The notes below the pieces were generated by a model. It was not told the DNA's origin. It was given only the letters and a program-made list of their open reading frames with translations, and ran no database searches. Shown here in pieces: positions 13,249-25,030 of a stretch of 64,000 nt of DNA. Every line of letters begins with the position of its first letter. The first letter of the stretch is position 1. The translations under genes were made by a program, and so were the position numbers. The DNA is from Octopus sinensis (Eukaryota): contig NC_043010.1 of assembly GCF_006345805.1 (NCBI RefSeq), forward strand, positions 57,598,001 through 57,662,000, in the 5' to 3' direction.

Positions 13249-13883
13249 ATGAGGATCATACTGTAAGGCAGTGTACTGAAGAGAGGTGAGACATCGTTGG
13301 AGAGAAGTGGGTCAGGAACAATTATGAACATTCTCATCTTTATTGATTAGAAAGGAACATGAAAGTGGTATTCATGAGAGGTTGTTGAATGTTTCCACCA
13401 TCGACAACTCCCTTTACGTTACTCTCCCATCCATCACACTCTCTCTCTTCTATTCCCTTCTACCTGGGTACTAATGTGTGGATTGGACCAATTCATATTG
13501 AAACCCACCTATCATTCTCTGTCACTCTTTTCCAACATGATGTCTATGAAATGCTGATGGTATCAGATTTGTTTATACCCAAAGATCCTCACACTATGAC
13601 CCATCTTTATTGCTCTCCTCCTCCATTTTACCCTCACCTATCACACACAATCACTCACTCTTCCTCACTAACATCACTCCCCACATCATCACTCTGCTTT
13701 CCCTACCACCCATCACACTCCTCATGCTGGTTCTCTATTCAATGTCCTTGTCAAGCATCCTCACGTAGCTGCATGTCACATTCTCTTCTATCACTTCCTT
13801 CTCTGCCACTCTCTCACTGCTCTCATTCTATTATCCACATCACAACCACACTTATACTATCTCTTTACTCCCCCTTTTGCCTT

Positions 13884-13921
<38 letters not shown>

Positions 13922-15136
13922 ATTCCCTCTCTCAGACACATTCCCTCTGAACAGGTGGTAGCCCTGACTACCACCACTTTAAATGTAAAAGAGAAAGGTA
14001 GGGGTCCTAATATTGATCTGATACAAACAAGCTTTGTTTACTGATTAAAATCAGTTTAATGACAAAACTAAAACAGTGAACTTCATTTGTGTATTTTGTT
14101 TTTCTAGATTTGTGTGTTGAAATGAATTTTGTTGTTTCTTGGGAGGTTCATTACACCAATAGCAATAACACCCGCACAGGTTCAATTCCACTCCTTTATT
14201 GTCAGTCAATCAGTTAAATATCTAACCAACTAACCAATCAATCATTTGTTTAATGTGCTGGTTAAGCAATCAGCTGGTTGTTAGTTAGCCAAATTCCTTT
14301 TGTGTCTATTCATGACCTCTTCAATGATTTGCTCTCTCTCTCTCTTCAAGGTGTGCCTTTGACCGATTGTTTGCTAGTCAAACCAGCCTATGAAGCAAAC
14401 AATCAATTAGTTAGTTTAAACAGCACATTAAACAAACAATCAATTAATTAATTGGTGTAGATATATAACCAACTAACAATAAAGAAGAGGAATTGGATCA
14501 GTGCATGTGTTATTATTGACCTAATGACCCTCTCAAGACACACTAAAACAGTGTTGGTCATATAACTTCCCACATAAACAACCAGATTACTGATATTTCA
14601 TTATAGTATATAATGACCATCCACACATCAATGAATATAGATTGTCTGGGTATCCCTCTTGAGTTTGAACCTGCTTCTCTTCTGTCTTTTTATGACAGAG
14701 GTTTTGTAGAGTAGCTGGGGATAAGACAGGAATAGGGACCAGGTGTGTAGTGGTGAAGAAAGTGGGGTATAAAAGGTAGTTGGAGAATAACAGGTAAATT
14801 TCAGGTAAGAAATGATTAAGACATATGGAGGACAGGTGTGTGTGTGTGGGGGGGGGGGCAGGTTGAAAGGGGACAATCAAACACTTGGGAAAACTGATAC
14901 CAATATGAGGTGGTGGTGGTGGTGGTGGTGGTGGTGGTAGAGATGGTAATGAATTTGTGATGAGGATGATTGTGATAGCAGTCGTTGTGATGCTGTGGTG
15001 GTGGTGATGATAACAAAGTGTTGCAAAGAAATATAAGGCAAAACAACCAAAATCAATATTCAAAATGTATTGATTTGTGTGTGCATGTATGTATGTGTAT
15101 ATGTGTGTGTGTATGTCTGTGTCAGTATGTGTATGA

Positions 15137-15187
<51 letters not shown>

Positions 15188-15281
15188 AGTGTGTGTCTAT
15201 CATATAAAGCTGACCTCTGTGAGATCACTTTCACCATGATCCATCACTCTCTTTTGAATGTAAGCTTCATCACACACATAC

Positions 15282-15347
<66 letters not shown>

Positions 15348-15644
15348 ATGCATAAACACATCCCCACAGAAACAGGCACATACATACTCACTCACATGGT
15401 CATGCTTATATACACATAGATGCACACACACACGCATAGACTATACACACATAGGCACACTTACACACTTGTATGCTTAGACATACATAGATATGCACAC
15501 ATACACATACACACACATGTAAATTCATCTGCCCACATACACACACTCAAACACACCAGCATCCACACATGTTCTTACATACACTCACATAGGCACATAC
15601 ACTCACATAATAACACACATATACACAACTCATCATAATCATCA

Positions 15645-15745
15645 TCATCATCATCGTTTGATGTCTGCTTTCCATGCTGGCATGGGTTGGACGGTTTGAC
15701 TGAGGACTGGCAAGCCAGATGGCTGCAACAAGCTCCAACCTGATC
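15645..15745 (-). mobile_element. RTE 3'-tail-only copy
   Basis: (CAT)n followed by gtttgatgtctgctttccatgctggcatgggttggacgg. Confidence 0.75.
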
Positions 15746-16879
15746 TGGTAACTATAAATATATATTTGTTCTTCTTCATATGTCCTCTCTCTTTGTTATC
15801 TACCACTACTACAGCAGTTACTGCTCCTCTGAACTTTCAAACTGTGAACTCCCTCAGCTAATAAATATTTTCTACTCTAGGCACAAATTTTTGCGGAGGG
15901 GGCCGGTTGATTAGGTCAACCCCCGAATGCAACTGGTACTTAATTTATCAACCCTGAAAGGATGAAAGGCAAAGTCGAAATACCACTAAGCATTTCACCT
16001 GGGGTGCTAACATTTCTGCCAGCAGGATGCCTTCTTCAGCCAGTGAATAGAGAAAGCTTCATTCCCCAACACACAACAATACTATTGATGAGCCTTCCCT
16101 CTATTACAATATTTTTGGTGTAGAGAGAAATAATCGATGTTATGTTTGACCTTAGTATCTTACTGGTATGTATTTAATCGGCTTATTAAAAAGAGCTACT
16201 AAATTGACTGCTGACATGTTGGAAATAGCAGCCAAATTTTCCTCAATTAACATTTATGTTGTTAAAACATGACTCTTTGGACAAAGTACATGATTCCTGA
16301 AGAAGAAAGGAAAAAAAAAGATCGGACAAGATGATCAAATGAGGATTATCTTTGATTATAGATCTGTTCAATGAGCACTGACTTGATGCTAAGCAGCTGG
16401 ACCAATAATGCCCAAAATATGAAGAAATAAGGATCAACAATGGCAACATTCAAAGTTAAAAATCATAAATACAGCAAAAGTGGCTTTTTATTGTCTCTGC
16501 CATATTTCTGCTTTTAGTTGATAAAAGAATGGTAAGAAAATTCCAGAATAGGAGGAGAAGATGGTGCAGAGGGTGGGGAAGAGACAGGAGGTTGACGGTT
16601 TTGACATTTGGTTCAAATGGAACAAACATGGTTTTAATATCGGTTTTATATGGAGTATATATGGTTTTGGTATTGGTGTTATATACTAGCATACAACTCC
16701 GTGTTGACAAAAGCTCCCCCACCCCCCACCACCATCACCCCAACATTTCCATGTGATAAGGGTGGCAGGTCATGTGATGTTCTTGGGATTTAGACAAACC
16801 ATGGTAAATGCTTGAGTTGGCAGTTGGGTAGGAAGTAGCTCTTTTACACACACACACAATCATCACCATCACCATCACC

Positions 16880-17065
16880 ATCACCACCACCATCATCATC
16901 ATCGTTTGGAGTCCATTTTCCTTGCTGGCATGGGTTGCATGGTTGGCAGGAGCCATCAAGCTGAAGACCTGCACCAAGTCCTATAGTCTGTTTCTGACAT
17001 ACCTTCTATGGCTGGATGCCCTTCCTAACACGAACCACCCAGCAGAGTCTACTGAGTGCTTTTTG
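16880..17065 (-). mobile_element. RTE 3'-tail-only copy
   Basis: catgggttgc...ggctggatgcccttcctaac...tgctttt. Confidence 0.75.
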
Positions 17066-17649
17066 GGTAGTCAAATGGTTAAATATCTAACCACCTAACT
17101 AATCAATTCTTTGTTTAATGTGCAGCTTAATCAATTGGTTGTCTGTGAATCAAAGTTCTTTTGCCACAGTTCATGACCTTATCAATGACTTCTCTTTCTC
17201 CAAGCTCTGCTCAAAGTCTCTCAGAGAATCAGATTAATGCTTCTGTGTAGAGTTATAGCAATCAGGAAATGAAACCATCTTCTTATAGATTTTAACTCTA
17301 AGAAGTCTTTGATGTCACATATTTTGCAGAAAAGGTTTTGACTGCTATGAATCAAATTCCTCATAAATATTCAAATTCCCAAAGATATTCCGAAATGATT
17401 CAAATGTGTTTAACAAATCAAAAACATTTTCTTTCAGTGAAGCTGTTAAAAATGAATTAGTGAAAGTAGAGTTCGTTCAAACTTGAAATCTGTAAAAAGG
17501 GAACTGTACACAAACCCATGCAGTTTGTGTAAGATATCTGGGGACAGATTTATGTTTATAAAAGGAACAGATATATAATAATGGATAATAACTTTATTGA
17601 TCAAAAAATGCTATGACGATAAAAAAATAAACCTTTTTTTCTATAAAGT

Positions 17650-18270
17650 TATTCAATAAAGCCATCTTCAGCTTCAACAACTGCTTCTATATGAGATCTA
17701 AATCACCTACATATTCGATTCAAGTGGTCCTGGTTCATTTTGGACATTACTCTGACAATGGCAGCTCTTAAAGAATCTTTGGTGTTATGGGCATGCTCCT
17801 TGACCTCTCTCACAACAATGCTCCACTTATAATAGTCTAACAGATTGAGATCTGGGGAATTAAGAGGCCAAATGTTAGGGGTTATGTGATCATGAACATT
17901 TTCAGCCATTCATTCCTGTGTTTACTAGAGCCATGTCTGATAGTGCAGAGTCTTACTGAAACACATATCGCCTTCCATTGTATACACTGTCTATCCAGGG
18001 CTTAACAATTGTTTCCAGGACCTCACTGTAGAGTTAACAGCAGAGTTAACTCCTTGTGGAAAGAAATAAGGAGGCATCACATGTCCTTCATCCATGACAG
18101 TTGCAGGGAATTTTGTATGCATAACACTTGGAACTTCAGAAGGATCTGCACATAAGCATCGGTCATTTCTTCTGCTAACTTTTTGATGCTGGTTGAAGTA
18201 TTTCACGTTTGAGAAAAACCAAATCAAATCTTTTTCTGCTGGATTTTTCAGTAAGTGGAACAGTAAAAAT
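17650..18270 (-). mobile_element. Tc1/mariner (DD37D/maT-like) transposase remnant
   Basis: WFFSNVKYFNQHQKVSRRNDR, MHTKFPATVM, GHVMPPYFF, IWPLNSPDLNLLDYYKW, and the C-terminus FRSHIEAVVEAEDGFIE*. Confidence 0.85.
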
Positions 18271-18447
18271 ATGCAAAACTTTTCTCAAGTTACAAATGTG
18301 AATTTGTCTGTATTAACTACATCCCAAAGAGGGAGCCTTGTATCTTTGTTGGAAACAGGCTCCCACCTCAGTGGAAGATTTATAATAATAAAAAAATATA
18401 TACACATACAGATATGCATATATCATACACCCCCCCCCCCACAAATA

Positions 18448-18496
<49 letters not shown>

Positions 18497-18501
<5 letters not shown>

Positions 18502-18867
18502 TACGTTTACCAATTCGTTTTGCAAGAGTCCTGATGTGAAATCGTGTGTTGAAACAGATATCGTACTTAAGGATGGTCATTTTATTTATTATTACTTCTT
18601 TTTTTTTTGCCAAATAAACACACGCAGCATATATGTACTTAGAAGAATAGAATGGAGTGAGTGGAGCAAGAACACATATGAAAATGAAAAGTGTCACTGA
18701 AGAGGCCACAGATGTGTGATGAAAGATTTTTAGACAATGGACAGGCATCAAAATAATAAAAATTTATTTGTCAAAATAAATAAGTAAATAAAATGACCGT
18801 CCTGAAGTACACAATATATACATACATACATACATACATACATACATACATACATACATACATAAAT

Positions 18868-18920
<53 letters not shown>

Positions 18921-19780
18921 ATATATATATAAATATACGTTACCAATTCGTTTTGCAAGAGTCCTGATGTGAAATCGTGTGTTGAAACAGATATCGTACT
19001 TAAGGATGGTCATTTTATTTATATTACTTCTTTTTTTTTGCCAAATAAACACACGCAGCATATATGTACTTAGAAGAATAGAATGGAGTGAGTGGAGCAA
19101 GAACACATATGAAAATGAAAAGTGTCACTGAAGAGGCCACAGATGTGTGATGAAAGATTTTTAGACAATGGACAGGCATCAAAATAATAAAAATTTATTT
19201 GTCAAAATAAATAAGTAAATAAAATGACCGTCCTGAAGTACAACAATATATACATACATACATACATACATACATACATACATACATACATACATAAATA
19301 CACACACACACACACACATATATATTATATATATATATTATATATATATATATATATATAAATATACGTTACCAATTCGTTTTGCAAGAGTCCTGATGTG
19401 AAATCGTGTGTTGAAACAGATATCGTACTTAAGGATGGTCATTTTATTTATATTACTTCTTTTTTTTTGCCAAATAAACACACGCAGCATATATGTACTT
19501 AGAAGAATAGAATGGAGTGAGTGGAGCAAGAACACATATGAAAATGAAAAGTGTCACTGAAGAGGCCACAGATGTGTGATGAAAGATTTTTAGACAATGG
19601 ACAGGCATCAAAATAATAAAAATTTATTTGTCAAAATAAATAAGTAAATAAAATGACCGTCCTGAAGTACAACAATATATACATACTACATACATACATA
19701 CATACATACATACATACATACATAAATACACACACACACACACATATATATTATATATATTATATATATATATATATATA
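18497..19780. repeat. Triple tandem duplication, unit about 430 bp
   Basis: Near-identical units start at 18497, 18931 and 19360. Each ends in (TACA)n(CA)n(TA)n. Confidence 0.95.
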
Positions 19781-20082
19781 GTCAATAGACAACATATTCT
19801 TATTTTAAAATAGTGTACATTTAAACACAAGAGAAAACTACCCTTTAACAGGTAATTTTTACATGCTAGAAGAAGCAGCCAAAATGGCCAATACCACAAT
19901 TTAATAGCAATTTTTGAAATAACAAGGTAAAAGTTTTTATTTTTCATTTCCTTCGAAAATTGCTATTAAATTGTGGTTTTGGCGGCTTCTTCTAGCATGT
20001 AAAAATGACCTGTTAAAGGGTAGTTTTCTCTTGTGTTTAAATGTACACTATTTTAAAATAAGTATATGTTGTCTATTGACTA
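19779..20082. mobile_element. MITE, about 300 bp, long TIRs, TA at both ends
   Basis: About 140 bp starting tagtcaatagacaacata... is the near-perfect reverse complement of ...tatgttgtctattgacta. Confidence 0.85.
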
Positions 20083-20439
20083 TTTATACATGCTAGGCCA
20101 CTGGTGGTGATATTTCTAATGAATTATTCACTACCTTATATATGTATATATATATTTACATGTGTGACTGAACAGCCCAGCTAAGGATGAAACTCAGAGT
20201 AGACTGTCAGCATTAATATAACAGATATAGAATTATACACTCTAACTAGAGTATTGAGTTCTACACCAGATAAAGTTTGCACTTTGCAAAATATATCATT
20301 GATATAATTTACAACTGTTGCATTACAATACACACACACACATTTATATATACATGCATACATATAAATAAAGACACATACACACACATTAAATGATATA
20401 TATCTATGGCTGGAGCAAAGTCCCCTCTCAACCTAAGAT

Positions 20440-21799
20440 GACATGGATCAATGCAGTTGATAGGGGCCATTAGGGAAAAGAAACAGGCATGGAAGGACTG
20501 GAAGTGTGGTGGTAGCAGGGAACTGTATCAGATCGCCAGAAGAGATGCTAGCAGATAGGTTTACTTAGCCCGAAGGGAAGCTAATAAGAAGAAATTTGCT
20601 AATATTCAGCATTGTGAGGATCAGAGACTTGAGGTATTTCGTGTTGCAAGACAGTGTGTGAAAGAAAATTGTGATGTCATAACAAGGAAATGTGTCTGCA
20701 TGGATGCTGGCTCACTTGGATTTAATGGTGCTGTAAAGAGAGAGACTTGGAGATGCCACTATGAAAGGTTGTTAAATGAAGATAATGAATGGGAGAGAGA
20801 GAGTCTGCCAAATGACGACCCAACAGAGGGACCAGCTATCCGAATCGACAGTACCTTGGTAGATAAAACAATTAAGGATATGAAGATAGGGAAGGCTCCT
20901 GACCCATCAGGAATCACTGCTGAGATGCTTGAAATATCTGGCGGTGTAGGCTATAGTCTAGTAACCTGTATAGTTAATCAGGTGATACATGAAAGAGTCA
21001 TACTCAATAACTGGTGCAGCAGCACCAAAGTCATCTGTTATAAAGGTAAAGGTGACAGATAGAAATAATTAGAGATATCAAATTGTTGGATCAGGTGATG
21101 AAAGTCATGGAGAGGGTCATAGCCCAACTAATTAGGGAGAGAGTTAGTTTAGATGAAATGCAAGGAGAAGCACCACGGATGCTATATTTCTGGTATGAGA
21201 AATTCCTAACCAAAGATAAACCTCTGTACTTGGCTTTTGTTGACATGGAGAACGTCTTTGACAGGGTTCCCTGATCCCTTATCTGGTGGTCAATGTGGAA
21301 AATAGGGATAGATAAGTGGTTAGTGAGAGCTATACAAGCCATATACAGGGATGCTGTTAGTAAGGTGAAGGTTGGCAATGAGTATAGCAAGGAATCCGGG
21401 TAGAAGTAGGGGTTCACCAAGGATCAGTCCTTGACCCCCTCTTGTTCATCATAGTCCTCCAGGTAATGACAGGAATTCAAGACAGGCCACCCTTGGAAGT
21501 TCCTCTATGTGGATGACCTTGCTCTAAGAGCCGAGTCACTACCAGAACTAGAGGTAAAAAGCACCATTTGAGTGTGGCTGATGCCAGGGCTGCTTGACTG
21601 GCTTCCATGCTGGTGGCTCGTAAAAAGCACCCAGTACACTCTTGGAGTGGTTGGCATTAGGAAGGGCATCCAGTAATAAAAACCTTGCCAAATCAAATTG
21701 AAGCCTGGTGCAGACTCCTGGCTTGCCAGTTCTCAGTCAAATCGTCCAACCCATGCCAGCATGGAAAGTGGACGCTAAACAATGATGATGATGATGATG

Positions 21800-21800
<1 letters not shown>
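20440..21800 (+). mobile_element. Decayed, internally deleted RTE copy
   Basis: RCHYERLLNE, PTEGPAIRID, GKAPDPSGITAEML, DQVMKVMERVIAQL, LYLAFVD, then ctatgtggatgac (YVDD). It jumps to the family 3' UTR and ends in (GAT)n at about 21800. Many stops and frameshifts. Confidence 0.9.
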
Positions 21801-21840
<40 letters not shown>

Positions 21841-22348
21841 TGTGTGTGTGTGTGTGTGTGTGTGCATCTGTGTGTGTGTGTTTTGTGTGTGTGTGTGTGT
21901 TGAAAGAAAGAAAATGAAGAAAGATGGATGTTTGAATAATTTATTTGTATGTTATAAAAATGTTGAAATTTTTTAGAAATAACAATACAAATAAGTTATA
22001 AATTGTAAAGCTCAAAAAGCAATGGGAGATGGGATAAAAAAAAAAGGCCTACATATATGTTTCGGTTCATGCCCCAGTTGATAGGTAATTCTAAGCATTT
22101 GGTTATAGGCTAAGAATGAGATCATTTTTAACTATACGGGGATGAACTTCTTCAGGGATTTTATGAGATTATAGAACAAAGGTTAACATATCTCTTGAAA
22201 GGATGCATACGAGCATATATATATATGTATATATATATATACACAGTTTTGTATTTCAGAAAAGAAAATTCAAAAGTGCTCAATATAGAAATATGATAGG
22301 AATCTAGTGAGTCTGGGAATGGTTATAAAAGGAATTATTTCTTTGCAG

Positions 22349-22492
22349 GTAAAAGTTTTGTGCATTTGGCATTACAGTCAGCCATATCAATCAGTGAGAC
22401 TAAAATATTAGAATTACTAATGATCAAAATCAATTGTACAGTTGATTATACAAAACCTTTGGATATGAAGAAATATGCTGTTTATCCACCGG
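22349..22492 (+). CDS. Candidate host-gene exon, ankyrin-repeat-like
   Basis: Acceptor atttctttgcag|G and donor CCGG|gtattg. 144 nt, phase 1-1, open: (G)KSFVHLALQSAISISETKILELLMIKINCTVDYTKPLDMKKYAVYPP. The start resembles the ankyrin G.T.LHLA...LL motif. Confidence 0.4.
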
Positions 22493-22494
22493 GT

Positions 22495-22543
<49 letters not shown>

Positions 22544-22645
22544 TGTGTGTGTTTTCTTATGAGAAAGAAGAGAAAGAAAAGCATGTGAAAGCGGAAAGAT
22601 ATAAGTAATGCAGAACTAGATTAAGAGAGGAGGATCAGGCACATT

Positions 22646-22681
<36 letters not shown>

Positions 22682-22709
22682 ATATGTATGTATGTATGTA
22701 TATATATAT

Positions 22710-22761
<52 letters not shown>

Positions 22762-22847
22762 ATATATATGTATATATATACATATATATATGTATATATA
22801 AACATACATGTAGTATATACATAAGTAAATATATATTTGTGTGTTTA

Positions 22848-22906
<59 letters not shown>

Positions 22907-23564
22907 GGATAGATCGATAGATAAATAGAGGGATAGATAGACAGATAGGTGTACATATACATATATAAATGTACATTTATCTATCTCTCACTCACTCTCT
23001 CTCTATATATATATATGAGAGAGAGAGAGTGAAAGAGAGGCGACTGCAAGAGTTTCCGTGCTGTTGGCCAACTCATCAACATTACCAATGTTGACAGTTC
23101 CCATTCTTTGAACATTTGTGAAAGAAATAAATCTAAAATCTATTCCCAACGATAATAAAACAAAACCAAACGAGAAACAAAGACAAAACAACAAAAGGAA
23201 TAAATATATAAATAATGCAAACTAAAAGACATTGCAAGAATAAAACAAATTGCCATCTTTGGAAGAAGAAGAAGAAGAAGGCAGCAGCAGCAATCGTAAA
23301 CCGGTCACGAGCATCGTTGCACTTGGTCGTTCTAATCCATTTGATTCTAAAATGTCTTTGCCACAACATTCATTGTCATTTTATACAATAAACTTTTCGT
23401 GAAAGGTGGAAAATTCCCAGCAAATCCCTTGACTTTTACACAATTTATAACTTTCTCTTCATCGTTCACCCCTACCACCACCACCACTGCCACCACCACC
23501 ACCTGCCTTGTTTTTTTTTCTCTTTCTTTTTCTATTTCTTCTTCTTCATTTTGTTTCTGTGTAG

Positions 23565-23759
23565 AATCTGAGTTGAACGACAACAACAACGATGACATTG
23601 ATGACGACGATGATGACGATGATGATGATGATGATGATGGCAGCAATGAAGTTGCAGAGTTGAAGAATCTCAGCGGTTTTTCTCTGTCTAATGGAGATGA
23701 AATATCATTTGGTTCCTCCACTCTACCAAACCATTATAAACGTCAACATGGCAACACAG
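23565..23759 (+). CDS. Candidate acidic exon, phase-compatible with 22349-22492
   Basis: 45-nt polypyrimidine tract ending gtgtag, then 195 nt open in phase 1 ((E)SELNDNNN-polyD-GSNEVAELKNLSGF...). The donor AG|gttgac is weak. Confidence 0.25.
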
Positions 23760-23970
23760 GTTGACATTCACGTTTTAGACATTTTCTTTTATATTTCGTC
23801 CTCTTCTTCACCTCTCCACCCCCATCCTCTTCTTCCTCCCACCACCACCACTTCTTACCTGTTCTCTTTGCATTCATGCATTTCATCATCAACATCATCA
23901 TCATTTTTTTTCCGGATTTCTTCCATAAATTTCCTCATAATTTTTGTTTCTAAAGATTTCCTTGCAACAA

Positions 23971-24010
<40 letters not shown>

Positions 24011-24415
24011 ACACTCTCTCTCTTTCTCCCTCTTTTTCTCTTCCCCACTCATGCCCACCTCCACTTAATTTCTGTATGGCCCTGTGACGTGACCTTTCTA
24101 GTCACACCTTCCAATGACCTTTTCTATTGATATACAATATATATGTATATGTGTGTGTATTTACACACACACACACACCACACACACACGCACACACACA
24201 CAAATATACATATGGCATAGTCATGCAGGTAACCATAGTCATATAAGTAAGGTGTTTGCAAATCAGTGAAATAAATGGATGAGGAGTGAATGAATAAATA
24301 AATAAATGAATAAAAGAGAGGAGAGTGAAGAATCTTGACTGAGTTTTGGAATTGTCTGAATGAAACATGTTGCAGTCTTGGAGGTTGTAGGCAGACTGGA
24401 AGCACAGACACGCAT

Positions 24416-24449
<34 letters not shown>

Positions 24450-24639
24450 AAGAACACAGTTGTAATATTAGAGGACAGGGTAGTTGTATCCACAGAGTGG
24501 TGATATGAAGTAGATGCTAGTGTAGTTGTTGCTAAAGTAGACAGAGGCAGTGCAATGGGGGATATGTAGTGTAGTAGGGGACAGTGTATAGTTAGTGTTA
24601 GTGAAAATGCAGTGGTTATCAGTGCTGAGCAAGGCAGTG

Positions 24640-25030
24640 CAGGGACAGTGTTGTGGCAGTGTAGGGACAGTGTTGTGGCAGTGTATTGACAGTGTAGTGG
24701 CAGTATAGGGACAGTGTATTGACAGTGTAGTGGCAGTGTAGGGACAGTGTTGTGGCAGTGTATTGACAGTGTAGTGGCAGTGTAGGGACAGTGTAGCGAC
24801 AGTGTAGTGGCAGTATTGTGATAGTGTATTGGCAGTGTAGTGGCAGTATAGGGACAGTGTAGTGACAGTGTAGTGACAGTGTAGTGACAGTGTAGTGGCA
24901 GTGTAGCGGCAGTATTGTGATAGTGTATTGGCAGTGTAGTGGCAGTATAGGGACAGTGTAGTGACAGTGTAGCGACAGTGTAGTGGCAGTGTAGCAGCAG
25001 TGTAGCAGCAGTGTAGTGACGGTGTTGTGG
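24640..25030. repeat. 11-bp minisatellite (consensus about GRCAGTGTAGT)
   Basis: About 35 consecutive variant units. Produces the spurious 246-aa TLSLHCHY ORF. Confidence 0.9.

Noticed and set aside
18690-18745. CTGAAGA...GAAA in each 430-bp tandem unit as a possible hammerhead (retrozyme-like tandem)
   Set aside because: Stem II cannot close next to the core, and stem I and stem III pairing is poor. Probably chance.
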